Shown in pieces: positions 8,908 through 17,307 of a DNA stretch of 64,000 nucleotides. The notes under the pieces are model-generated. The model was not told where the DNA came from, did not search any database, and was given only the letters and a program-made list of their open reading frames with translations. The position numbers and the translations under genes are program-made. Each line of letters begins with the position of its first letter. The first letter of the stretch is position 1. Origin of the DNA: an uncultured Gammaproteobacteria bacterium (GTDB taxonomy: Bacteria > Patescibacteriota > Microgenomatia > UBA8517). The stretch is taken from assembly GCA_964494885.1 (NCBI GenBank), contig CAZBTH010000001.1:46319-110318 (forward strand), given 5' to 3'.

Positions 8908-10308
8908 TCAGAATGCGACCTTAGGCTCATAGCCGATTGAGTTATGATATTTTTTGCCAAGCTCAAATAAATTTCCCTCAGAAAATCTCGGGCCCATCAG
9001 CTGAAACCCCAAAGGCAAACCTTGTTTTGAAAACCCGGATGGAAGGGCAAGAGAGGGGATTCCGCAAAGATTTGCGGTCGCTGCGTAAACGTCAGTTAAA
9101 TACATTGTAAGAGGATCTGAAACTTTGTCTCCCAGCTTAAACGGCGGAGTTGGAGCAACCGGGGCAATGAGAGCATCCACTTCACCAAACACATTGTCCA
9201 CCTCACTGATTATTTTAGATCTAACCTTCATGGCTTTAAGATAATAAGCGTCGTAATATCCGGCTGACAAAACATACGTTCCCAACATTATTCTTCTTTT
9301 TGCCTCATCCCCAAAAGTATTGCGATTATTACCATAGCGTATTCCGTCAAATCTTCCTAAGTTAGAAGAAACTTCGGCCGGCTGAATAACATAATAGACA
9401 TCAATTGCATATTTAGTGGAAGGAAGAGCCACTTCTTTAAATTCGATTCCTTCTTTTTTCAAAACTTCTATCGCTAGGGTTATTGTTTTTTCAACTTCCG
9501 GATCAATTCCCCCCGTAAAAAACTCTTTTGGTATCCCAATCCTCAGTTTGTTATTTGTTTTTTGGAAGTTGTGATTTACGACAGTTCCATCAAATCCATC
9601 CTCCCCTTTTATTACATTAAAAACAGTTTCTACATCCTCGACAGTTCTTCCTATTGGCCCAACTGTATCCAACGAAGACGCCATAGCGATAACCCCGTAC
9701 CGGGATACGGCTCCATAAGTTGGTTTAATTGCAACACTGAAACAATAATTCGCAGGCAATCTAATAGACCCGCAGGTATCGGTTCCTGTTGTAATCAAAC
9801 TCATGTTCGCCGCAAGCGTAGCACCGGAACCGCTTGAAGATCCTCCGGGCACATATTCCTTATTCCAAGGGTTTTTTGTAGGACCAAAATCGCTATTTTC
9901 ACCTGATGAGCCATGCGCCCAGGCATCACAGTTTAATTTACCTATCGGAATTGCCACGGCATTCTCGATCCGTGTCACAGAGGTGGCGGAGTATGGAGGA
10001 ATGTAACTTTCGAGTAGTTTCGAACCGGCAGTGGTTCTTATTCCTTTCGTAGAAAATAAATCTTTATATGCAACCGTTACTCCTAACAGCGGTTTCTCAT
10101 CTAATATCTTTGTGTCTTTATATTCCAATATCCTATCTACCTCTCTGGCCTTTCTGTAAGCCTCCTCTTCCGCAATCGTTAAAAAAATATTGTACTCTTT
10201 GTTATATTTATTAATTCTCGCAAGGTACTCATCCACTAGTTCTACAGCAGAAAAATCCTTTTTGATCAACCTTTCTTGGGTATCCTTTATGGTTAAAGGT
10301 AAATTCAT
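8908..10308 (-). CDS. gatA: Asp/Glu-tRNA amidotransferase subunit A (amidase)
   Basis: Amidase signature GGSSSGSGATLAA...TGTDTCGSIRLPA. Confidence 0.9.
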   Translation of the reverse strand: MNLPLTIKDTQERLIKKDFSAVELVDEYLARINKYNKEYNIFLTIAEEEAYRKAREVDRILEYKDTKILDEKPLLGVTVAYKDLFSTKGIRTTAGSKLLESYIPPYSATSVTRIENAVAIPIGKLNCDAWAHGSSGENSDFGPTKNPWNKEYVPGGSSSGSGATLAANMSLITTGTDTCGSIRLPANYCFSVAIKPTYGAVSRYGVIAMASSLDTVGPIGRTVEDVETVFNVIKGEDGFDGTVVNHNFQKTNNKLRIGIPKEFFTGGIDPEVEKTITLAIEVLKKEGIEFKEVALPSTKYAIDVYYVIQPAEVSSNLGRFDGIRYGNNRNTFGDEAKRRIMLGTYVLSAGYYDAYYLKAMKVRSKIISEVDNVFGEVDALIAPVAPTPPFKLGDKVSDPLTMYLTDVYAATANLCGIPSLALPSGFSKQGLPLGFQLMGPRFSEGNLFELGKKYHNSIGYEPKVAF

Positions 10309-10315
10309 GGCTAAA

Positions 10316-10343
10316 TACTTAAATACTGTACAGTATTTAAGTA
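10316..10343. repeat. 28-bp perfect palindrome tacttaaatactgtacagtatttaagta in the gatA/gatC gap
   Basis: Read directly from the sequence. Its 11-bp arms ACTTAAATACT are identical to the palindrome at 60211-60236. Confidence 0.8.
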
Positions 10344-10652
10344 CTACTTATCGCTCCTTTCTGTCAAGATTGCGTCCACTTTGAAATAACCGTTGTGTGT
10401 TTTATCTGTCCCAGAAATTGCTCCATTTTGGTCAATACTACTAGTTTTTACTTCGTCTTCACGAAATACATTTGTCAGACCCGTAGTCTGACTGGTAGGA
10501 GCAAGGTCTGTAGTATCGACCTTGCCCAATTCACCAACATGTTCGAGTATCTGGGAAAGTTGGGGAAGAAATTTGTCGATCTCAGCCTCAGTTAAATCCA
10601 ATTTCGCTAAATTTGCTACATGTTTTACATCTGCCTTAGAAAGCTTTGCCAT
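10344..10652 (-). CDS. gatC: Asp/Glu-tRNA amidotransferase subunit C
   Basis: ~100 aa; LAKLDLTEAEIDKF pattern; operon with gatA/gatB. Confidence 0.8.
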   Translation of the reverse strand: MAKLSKADVKHVANLAKLDLTEAEIDKFLPQLSQILEHVGELGKVDTTDLAPTSQTTGLTNVFREDEVKTSSIDQNGAISGTDKTHNGYFKVDAILTERSDK

Positions 10653-10671
10653 ACCCCTAATAATACCCGAC

Positions 10672-11610
10672 TTATGTCATATTTTGAAGAGCATTAATGC
10701 GTTCCGGCATTGGGGGGTGGGTATTAAACAAACCAGCCATAAAGTTTACGGCCCTTTGACCTTTGTCGGGAACGGAATGAAAAGGATTTACGATATATAA
10801 GTGGGCAGTCGCTTTATTTGCTGCCTCCAGTGGCTCCGTGTCTTCTGATATTTTTTGGAGAGCGGAGATAAGCCCCTGGGGTTGTCTGGTTATCTCAACC
10901 GATCCTGCGTCAGCTGTGAACTCCCTGCGTCTACTGATCGCCAGTTGTATTAATTGGGCAATTATCGGTGAAAGTATGGCAAAAATTATTCCCAGCACCA
11001 AAAACATCGCTCCGATATTTCCATTGTCACGATCTCTTGACCCTCGCCCGAAATAACTTATTCTAAAAAACCAATCTCCAAGTAAGGCGACAAGCCCTAC
11101 CATAACAGAAACAACGGACATTAAACGGATATCGTAATTTCTTATATGGGAGATTTCGTGAGCCAAAACTCCTTCCAATTCCGTTCGATTTAATTTTGAG
11201 AGAAGCCCTGTTGTTGCACAAACAACAGCGTGATCCGGATCGCGTCCCGTTGCAAACGCATTGGGAGCCGTGTCTTCAATTACATATAATTTAGGTTTTG
11301 GAATTCCTGCGCCGATACATAGATTTTCCGCAACTTGTGTAAACAGTTTATCCTCAATAGTATTAGCGGGACGCGCCCCCGAAATTCCCAAAACTATTTT
11401 ATCGGAATAGTAATAACTTACAAAAGAAGAAATTCCGGAAATCGCCATCGCCATTCCAAAGTAACCCATTCCCCCCGGCTGGTAACCCATGTAGTAACCA
11501 AGGGCGTTTGTCAAAACATAAACGGCCACAAAAACAAAGATTACAAAAAGCGTCACAACAACAGCGCTTTTAATTTTATTGGCAAATTGGACTTCGTATA
11601 TATTCCGCAT
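10672..11610 (-). CDS. htpX: M48 zinc metalloprotease HtpX
   Basis: HEISHIRNYD (HExxH) and TM segments. Confidence 0.85.
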   Translation of the reverse strand: MRNIYEVQFANKIKSAVVVTLFVIFVFVAVYVLTNALGYYMGYQPGGMGYFGMAMAISGISSFVSYYYSDKIVLGISGARPANTIEDKLFTQVAENLCIGAGIPKPKLYVIEDTAPNAFATGRDPDHAVVCATTGLLSKLNRTELEGVLAHEISHIRNYDIRLMSVVSVMVGLVALLGDWFFRISYFGRGSRDRDNGNIGAMFLVLGIIFAILSPIIAQLIQLAISRRREFTADAGSVEITRQPQGLISALQKISEDTEPLEAANKATAHLYIVNPFHSVPDKGQRAVNFMAGLFNTHPPMPERINALQNMT

Positions 11611-11646
11611 AGCATCCTTCCGAGGCCCGAGCCGAAGGAGGATTCA

Positions 11647-12201
11647 TTATAAATCAACCCTCGGTGTTTTGGTATCGCTTTCTGATACTTTAACAAAATC
11701 TCCATCTTCGGGAGTTTCCAAGCCTTTCAATGTTTCAAATTGAAACATGTCAGCAACTAAGTTGCTTGGAAAAGTTACACGTTTAACGTTGTAATCGGCG
11801 GTTAAGTCAATTAAAAGTCTCCTCGCATACATCACCTTATCGCTGGTATCCCTAAGATCGTTCATTAAATTCGTAACAACTTCAGCTCCCCTAAGTTGTG
11901 GATTACTTTCAACAACAACCTGAAGTTTTGGCAAAAGTTCCGAAATCTTTTTGGATGCATCTTTACCGCTAGATACCATCTTTCTGGCATCCGACAACAT
12001 CTCCAATATCCCTTTCTCGTGTTTAAGGTAACCTTTTACGGAAGATTCCAAATTTGGAATAAGTTCAGCCTGTCTTTTAAGCTGGTTTCCAATCTCCTGA
12101 ATCGCAGCTCCGACTCTGGTCTTTGTCGATACAAAAAAATTGTAAATCGAAACTACCCAAAGAATTAAAATTAAAACTATTCCTAATAAAATATATGGCA
12201 T
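11647..12201 (-). CDS. lemA: LemA family membrane protein
   Basis: N-terminal TM then LemA-like helical domain; start trimmed to MPYILLG (ATG at 12201, 8 nt after the SD GGGGGAGGTG). Confidence 0.75.
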   Translation of the reverse strand: MPYILLGIVLILILWVVSIYNFFVSTKTRVGAAIQEIGNQLKRQAELIPNLESSVKGYLKHEKGILEMLSDARKMVSSGKDASKKISELLPKLQVVVESNPQLRGAEVVTNLMNDLRDTSDKVMYARRLLIDLTADYNVKRVTFPSNLVADMFQFETLKGLETPEDGDFVKVSESDTKTPRVDL

Positions 12202-12206
12202 AAATA

Positions 12207-12285
12207 TCACCTCCCCCGAGTGAAGTAGCCTTTGGCACTTCACGGGGTCCCGTTGAATGCTTTAGCTATTCAACTGGGACTTTTC
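12207..12285 (-). promoter_or_regulatory. Conserved two-hairpin 5' leader element (copy B), directly upstream of the lemA SD
   Basis: Same two-stem architecture as 1655-1735, with compensatory substitutions. Confidence 0.55.
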
Positions 12286-14003
12286 AACAACTTCTCGAAT
12301 TCTTTTAAACTTCGACTATTTATTATATCATCCTTCTCACACCAACCGCGCCTGGCAACAGACACTCCGAATGTCATGTTGTTCATTCCGTCAATATGAT
12401 GAGCGTCTGTACCAAATGACAATTTCACACCGTGTTTCACGGCTTCGCGGACTAATGTGTCGGGAAGGTCTAAACGCATAGGGTCGCAGTTAATCTCTAT
12501 CCACTTACCGTTACTCTTGCAATATTCGAATATTTCGGGCCAGTTTAGTTCAGCTCCTTCCCGCTCATTTAATTTGCGTCCCGTGGGGTGAGCAAATATT
12601 TTTACTTTGGGATGGGAAAGAGCTGTAAGAACCCGTCTTGTTTGAACCTCGCGCGGTAGATCAAAATTGGAATGAATTGAAACTAAAGCAAAATCCAAAG
12701 TTTCTAAACCTTCTTCGGGAACAGGCAGACTGCCATTGGATTTTATGTCAATTTCAAGGCTATTGAATACCTTTTTTACTCCTTTTGTACCCGATTTAAT
12801 TATTGAGCAGTTTATTTGTTCAACCTTTTCCTTCTTCGCTTTTAGCTTTTCGATAATTTGCAAATCTGTATGGCCTTTCTGCGAAGGATTGTGTTCCGTA
12901 AACGCTAAATATTCATATTTGAGTTCGTCAGCTTTTTTGACAATCTCCTCCATGGAACTAGCTCCCAAATCGTGACTCGTTTCTATATCAAAACTTGAAT
13001 GAATTTGTAGATCTGCTTTTACTTCATTTAATTGAATAAGTTTTGGTAATCCAGGTCGAAGACCCTGAGCGCTTCGTTGGGCCGCCTCAATTTCTCCGGT
13101 ATCCTCCCTTAATTCCGGCTCGATATAATCCAAATCCAAAAAATTATAAAAAGATTTTTCATCTTTAAACGTTCTTAGCTTTTCACTTTTACTTTTTAGC
13201 TCCTTTATTCCCTTTTCCGACAAACTTAATCCCTTTTTCAACGCATATTCGCGTAAAGCAATATTATGGTGTTTACTACCTGTGAAATGTTGTAGAGCTG
13301 CTCCGTATTGTTCGATCGTTGAAACCAAAAGATCGACTTGGATATCCCCCGGAGTTAAAATTGAAGCGGTTGTATCACCAGCTTCGATTATTTTTTGGCT
13401 ATTCGGGTATTTTGTGAAATGTTCTATTACTTTTACCTTTTCACTTTTACCTTTTACCTTTGCTAAAATGTCAATGTCTCCAATCGTCGAAGCCTGTCGT
13501 CTTAAACTGCCCAAGGGGTCAATTTGAGTAACATTCTTATCTTTTTTCATCCAATCAATAATGAGTCCGGCGGTCGTTACAGCATATGGAAGTAAATGAC
13601 GTTTACCTTTTTTCTCCCTTACTTCAACTTCTTTGAGGAGTTTTTTAACCTCGGACGGTTTACCCTGAGCGATTAAGCGAAGGGCGGTTTTGATACCAAT
13701 TCCGGGCAACTCCATTAACTTGAAGGCTTCTTTGGGAATATCCCTCATAAGTTCATCAAAATGTTTGGAATGTCCTGTTCGAAAGATTTCGTCTAAATGT
13801 TTACTTATACTTATACCTATACTGGGGACTTGGTCTAACTTTCCATCATCCCAAAGGTCTTTAAGCTCGCTTGTGGCGTGTTCTACAGCGTCAGCCGCTC
13901 GTTCATATGCAATTATCTGAAACTTGTATTTAGCTTGGTCTTTTAACTGATATGCAGCGGCCACATCGCGAAGCAATTCTGCAATTTCCAAATTAGTCAT
14001 CAA
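12270..14003 (-). CDS. polX: PolX-family DNA polymerase with C-terminal PHP domain
   Basis: N-terminal TNLEIAELL...HhH segments GIGIKTALRLI; C-terminal PHP-like His/Asp motifs. Confidence 0.8.
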   Translation of the reverse strand: MMTNLEIAELLRDVAAAYQLKDQAKYKFQIIAYERAADAVEHATSELKDLWDDGKLDQVPSIGISISKHLDEIFRTGHSKHFDELMRDIPKEAFKLMELPGIGIKTALRLIAQGKPSEVKKLLKEVEVREKKGKRHLLPYAVTTAGLIIDWMKKDKNVTQIDPLGSLRRQASTIGDIDILAKVKGKSEKVKVIEHFTKYPNSQKIIEAGDTTASILTPGDIQVDLLVSTIEQYGAALQHFTGSKHHNIALREYALKKGLSLSEKGIKELKSKSEKLRTFKDEKSFYNFLDLDYIEPELREDTGEIEAAQRSAQGLRPGLPKLIQLNEVKADLQIHSSFDIETSHDLGASSMEEIVKKADELKYEYLAFTEHNPSQKGHTDLQIIEKLKAKKEKVEQINCSIIKSGTKGVKKVFNSLEIDIKSNGSLPVPEEGLETLDFALVSIHSNFDLPREVQTRRVLTALSHPKVKIFAHPTGRKLNEREGAELNWPEIFEYCKSNGKWIEINCDPMRLDLPDTLVREAVKHGVKLSFGTDAHHIDGMNNMTFGVSVARRGWCEKDDIINSRSLKEFEKLLKSPS

Positions 14004-14023
14004 CTGTTATAATACACACTATT

Positions 14024-14297
14024 GGGGTCGTAGCTCAACTGGCTAGAGCGCTTCCCTGTCAAATGTGGCAGCTCCTAGTAGTAATATTAGGATGAAAAAC
14101 CGGGCTAATTCGGGGAAACCCCAATCGAAGTCGAAGGGTAATCCCGAGCTAAACTCTGATTAAATCGGAGAAATGTGTAGAGACTATACACCCGGCGTCC
14201 TGAGTGAAATCGAAGGATGATGAGATAGTCCAAGCTTTTTGGAAACAAAAAGATTTTCGCACGGAAGAGGTTGCGAGTCCGAATCTCGTCGATCCCG
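14024..14297 (+). tRNA. tRNA-Asp (GUC) interrupted by a group I intron (exons 14024-14059 and 14260-14297)
   Basis: Exons fold as acceptor GGGGTCG/CGATCCC plus G73, D-arm GCTC..GAGC, anticodon stem CTTCC/GGAAG, loop CTGT|CAC, T-loop TCCGAAT. The exon U before the intron and the intron-terminal G fit group I splicing. Confidence 0.75.
14060..14259 (+). ncRNA. Group I self-splicing intron (IC3-like) in the tRNA-Asp anticodon loop
   Basis: Conserved core GUGUAGAGACUAUACACC (P7 5' strand, very close to the Azoarcus/Anabaena tRNA introns) and GAGAUAGUCCAAG (P7 3' strand). P9 hairpin CUUUUUGGAAACAAAAAG. The internal guide GGCAG pairs with exon CUGU|C. Terminal G at 14259. Confidence 0.7.
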
Positions 14298-14413
14298 CCC
14301 CAAATTCCCATTGACTTCGGTTTGATCATAGTCTAAATTCAGGCTAACTTCGGTGCTACCAAAAAGGGTGGCTTGCCCCCCGAAGCTTCAGCGAAGGGGG
14401 GTGAATTTATTTG

Positions 14414-14950
14414 ATGAACTTTTATCTAAAAAAATTTTTAAAAAAATTAAAGCTTAACGAAGAGAATATTAGCATGGTTTTGGGGGCTTTGGTCATAGTA
14501 ATTGTGGGGATTTTGATTGTAAATTACTTCAGAGATAAAAAGGGTGAAACGTTAAACGGCGCCAATACCGGAAGTGAATCACAAAAAGAACATGTGGTTG
14601 TCAAAGGGGAAACTCTTTGGTCCATAGCAGAAGATAGATACGGTTCCGGATACAACTGGGTAGACGTTAAAAAAGCCAACGAACTTAAATCGGATACGAT
14701 AGAAATTGGCCAAAAACTAACATTACCGGAAGTTTCAGCCAAAAAGCCTACATCAACAAAACCAACTTTGACCACAAAAGTGGAAACAGTATCAGGAGAC
14801 AGTTATACGGTAGTCAAAGGAGACACTCTTTGGAGTATATCGTTACGCGCATACGGAGACGGATACAAATGGGTAAGTGTTGCAAAAGCAAACAAACTTG
14901 CTAATCCAAATGTAATCCACGTAGGGAATGTATTAACTCTACCTCGTTGA
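14414..14950 (+). CDS. LysM-repeat membrane-anchored protein
   Basis: N-terminal TM and two LysM repeats (VVKGETLWSIAEDRYG... and VVKGDTLWSISLRAYG...). Confidence 0.8.
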   Translation: MNFYLKKFLKKLKLNEENISMVLGALVIVIVGILIVNYFRDKKGETLNGANTGSESQKEHVVVKGETLWSIAEDRYGSGYNWVDVKKANELKSDTIEIGQKLTLPEVSAKKPTSTKPTLTTKVETVSGDSYTVVKGDTLWSISLRAYGDGYKWVSVAKANKLANPNVIHVGNVLTLPR

Positions 14951-15070
14951 ATGTTATAATGTACCCGTACTCAACAAAATTTATTTTATAAATTTTGAGA
15001 GGAAGAATAGTGGAGCATAAAGCAAAAATCGAACGCGGTTTGTGTAGTGCGAAACTTATTCCGACAATGT

Positions 15071-15141
15071 GCGGGTGTAGTTCACCGGTAGAATGCGTCC
15101 TTCCCAAGGACGAGAAGGCGGTCCGATTCCGCTCACCCGCT
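15071..15141 (+). tRNA. tRNA-Gly (CCC)
   Basis: Acceptor GCGGGTG/CACCCGC, D-arm GTTCACCGGTAGAAT, anticodon stem CGTCC/GGACG, loop ttCCCaa, T-loop TCCGATT. Confidence 0.75.
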
Positions 15142-15255
15142 CAAGTATTGGTGTGAACTGTCTCTATATTACAACATGAGAAAAACTATAAAATCCAACT
15201 TATTTCGTAGATGTCGACAGCGGTTAGTTGGCGTGCTGTATTTGAAACTTTAAGG

Positions 15256-16485
15256 CTATTTAAATTTACCCTTACTCTGGAAGGACTCAGCAAGCCTGAT
15301 TATCTCGTCTTTTGGTAAAAAGCGAGACCAATAGAAAAACGGTCTACCTTGTTCAATTTGACTTCTGCCACCACCCCAAAAACCTGAAACCTTGGCTTTA
15401 TATTCTCCTGAATACCAATAAGGCTCACCATTTATGCGGGATGTTAATTCATCCAACGCAACTTCCTTTTGCAATTTGGTTAATTCAATAGCTGGTAATA
15501 TTTCTAATAACCCTTTGAACATTGTAGGAATAAAAGTTCTGGCAATGCCGGCATTATTATATTGGTCTATCAATGCTCTGTGCAATATATTCCAAACATG
15601 TTTGACGCCATCGACTGTTTCAAATTTGTCTGTGGCACCTACCCACCAATTCATTAGCCATTGCCTAGTTTTAGGTCCCCAGTAAAATGAGTCACTTGGC
15701 AATTCCTCGGCGGTCTGGGTTACAGGCTCCACAACATTATCTCCAAAGGCACTTAGTTCGTTAGCCAAGGCTTTTTCAATGAGGTGTGTAACAAGATAAA
15801 TGGCTTGTCTATCGATTAATCCAACCAATGCAGTTGCTTCTTCAAATGTAACATCTTTTATATAATTATCGGGACTCTCCTTACCTGTGTTAAATAGAAA
15901 GGTAATTTGATCCTTAGTCAATGAAAACTCTGATAGCCGTAACCGGACCGCTTGCTTAACAACCATCTCATTTGTAGCCAAAAGAAATCCTTTTCTACTT
16001 AAGTTCTCGCGCATTTGGTGTATTTTTCCCATTTCTACCACACCTTTTTCTATCGCTTTAATTGCCTTAATGCCCAAATCATGATCATCCTGGGTTGTCA
16101 AAAGAAAAGATATCCCAACGCCATAGGCAGTTATAAAATTGTTAAGTTCTTCGATGGTGATCTCATCTCGTCCTGATTCGTTATGTGATTTTACTGCGAC
16201 ATCTAATAGCCTTTTTGAATGAGATATTAATTTCTGACCCGCTGTAAACATCAGTTTAGAATCAACATTTCGGACCGATGCAACCACCTCGGGTGTGATT
16301 TTCCCCAAAAAAACAGTTCCAGGAATTATCTCTGTTGGATTAATATTGGGCAAGTTCAAATTATGAATGAAGTCGTCTAAGCTAACGGCTTCAATAGGCG
16401 ACAATACTTGTTTGTCTGTATCTTTTGGCCTAACTTCGATTGCCATGACGCTATCATAACAAACTGGTATCAACTTTTCAACCAT
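15256..16485 (-). CDS. Hypothetical protein (409 aa), no family recognised
   Basis: Long ORF with good coding texture, in a tRNA-adjacent island. Confidence 0.5.
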   Translation of the reverse strand: MVEKLIPVCYDSVMAIEVRPKDTDKQVLSPIEAVSLDDFIHNLNLPNINPTEIIPGTVFLGKITPEVVASVRNVDSKLMFTAGQKLISHSKRLLDVAVKSHNESGRDEITIEELNNFITAYGVGISFLLTTQDDHDLGIKAIKAIEKGVVEMGKIHQMRENLSRKGFLLATNEMVVKQAVRLRLSEFSLTKDQITFLFNTGKESPDNYIKDVTFEEATALVGLIDRQAIYLVTHLIEKALANELSAFGDNVVEPVTQTAEELPSDSFYWGPKTRQWLMNWWVGATDKFETVDGVKHVWNILHRALIDQYNNAGIARTFIPTMFKGLLEILPAIELTKLQKEVALDELTSRINGEPYWYSGEYKAKVSGFWGGGRSQIEQGRPFFYWSRFLPKDEIIRLAESFQSKGKFK

Positions 16486-16510
16486 GCCTACATTCGTACT
16501 GCTTTAAATC

Positions 16511-17287
16511 TTACATTTCAGGATTAGGATGTAATTTTGTTATCCGACCCGAAAATTCAGGTATAGCTTGAGTCGAGACGACCTTAGATTCGGATAAGAC
16601 TTTTTCCAACATTGCCTGGTCGGGGTTCTCTTTAACCCCCCCCCAGACCTCATGTTCCTCATCACTATTTGAAATTTTCCTCAGTTGCATAATGTAGTTT
16701 GGTTCGATAAATTTCACCACCAGACCAATTTTCGTCCGCTCATCTAGCCAGGCACTTTCATATCTCCGGCGATTCACAAGATGTTCTAAGCCTGGGATTT
16801 TTGCGGCTGACTTTGATAACCCGGTGTGTGGTCTATAAATCCCGCCGGATAATACCTTTCTGGTGATCTCACCAGGTCCCAAAAAATCAGTATTTCCCAC
16901 CTTGCTTAAGAGGAAGAGTTGTGGCATAAAGGCGGTACTAAAACCGTTTTCAATTTGCGTCTCGATACTCACCAGTCCGTAACATGCAAAATCGCGTTCT
17001 TTGCTCACATTAACTGTAAAGTCTCCCAATTCCCCCTCAAACTTCGCTCCGTGATGCCACCAGCCCGGAAATGGGGCACCAGCCGTGCTAGCGCCGCCAG
17101 TTCGCACTCTACCATAAAGGCCATGGATAACGGCGATTTCGCTTGGACTATAACCTAGCATTACGAAGGGTGAACTAGTAAAAAATACTTCATTCAATAC
17201 TTCTCTCGCCCACGTCACTTCCAGATACAACTCTCTCATTGGGCTTACCTTTTCTTTGCTCTCCATTTGGGCAGGATTGTACACCAA
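16511..17287 (-). CDS. Hypothetical protein (258 aa), no family recognised
   Basis: Long ORF co-directional with, and 25 nt upstream of, the 409-aa gene. Confidence 0.5.
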   Translation of the reverse strand: MVYNPAQMESKEKVSPMRELYLEVTWAREVLNEVFFTSSPFVMLGYSPSEIAVIHGLYGRVRTGGASTAGAPFPGWWHHGAKFEGELGDFTVNVSKERDFACYGLVSIETQIENGFSTAFMPQLFLLSKVGNTDFLGPGEITRKVLSGGIYRPHTGLSKSAAKIPGLEHLVNRRRYESAWLDERTKIGLVVKFIEPNYIMQLRKISNSDEEHEVWGGVKENPDQAMLEKVLSESKVVSTQAIPEFSGRITKLHPNPEM

Positions 17288-17307
17288 TGCATTAATTCAT
17301 TCAACGC

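Noticed and set aside
11647-12243. lemA start at 12243 (MKCQRLLHSGEVIF...) as given by the ORF track
   Set aside because: That extension would be translated through the conserved two-hairpin leader and lacks an SD. ATG at 12201, preceded by GGGGGAGGTG, is the better start.
14105-14329. 74-aa minus-strand ORF inside the tRNA-Asp locus (possible intron-encoded homing endonuclease?)
   Set aside because: It is antisense to the intron and runs across the 3' exon. At 200 nt the intron has no room for a LAGLIDADG/GIY-YIG ORF and no such motifs are present.
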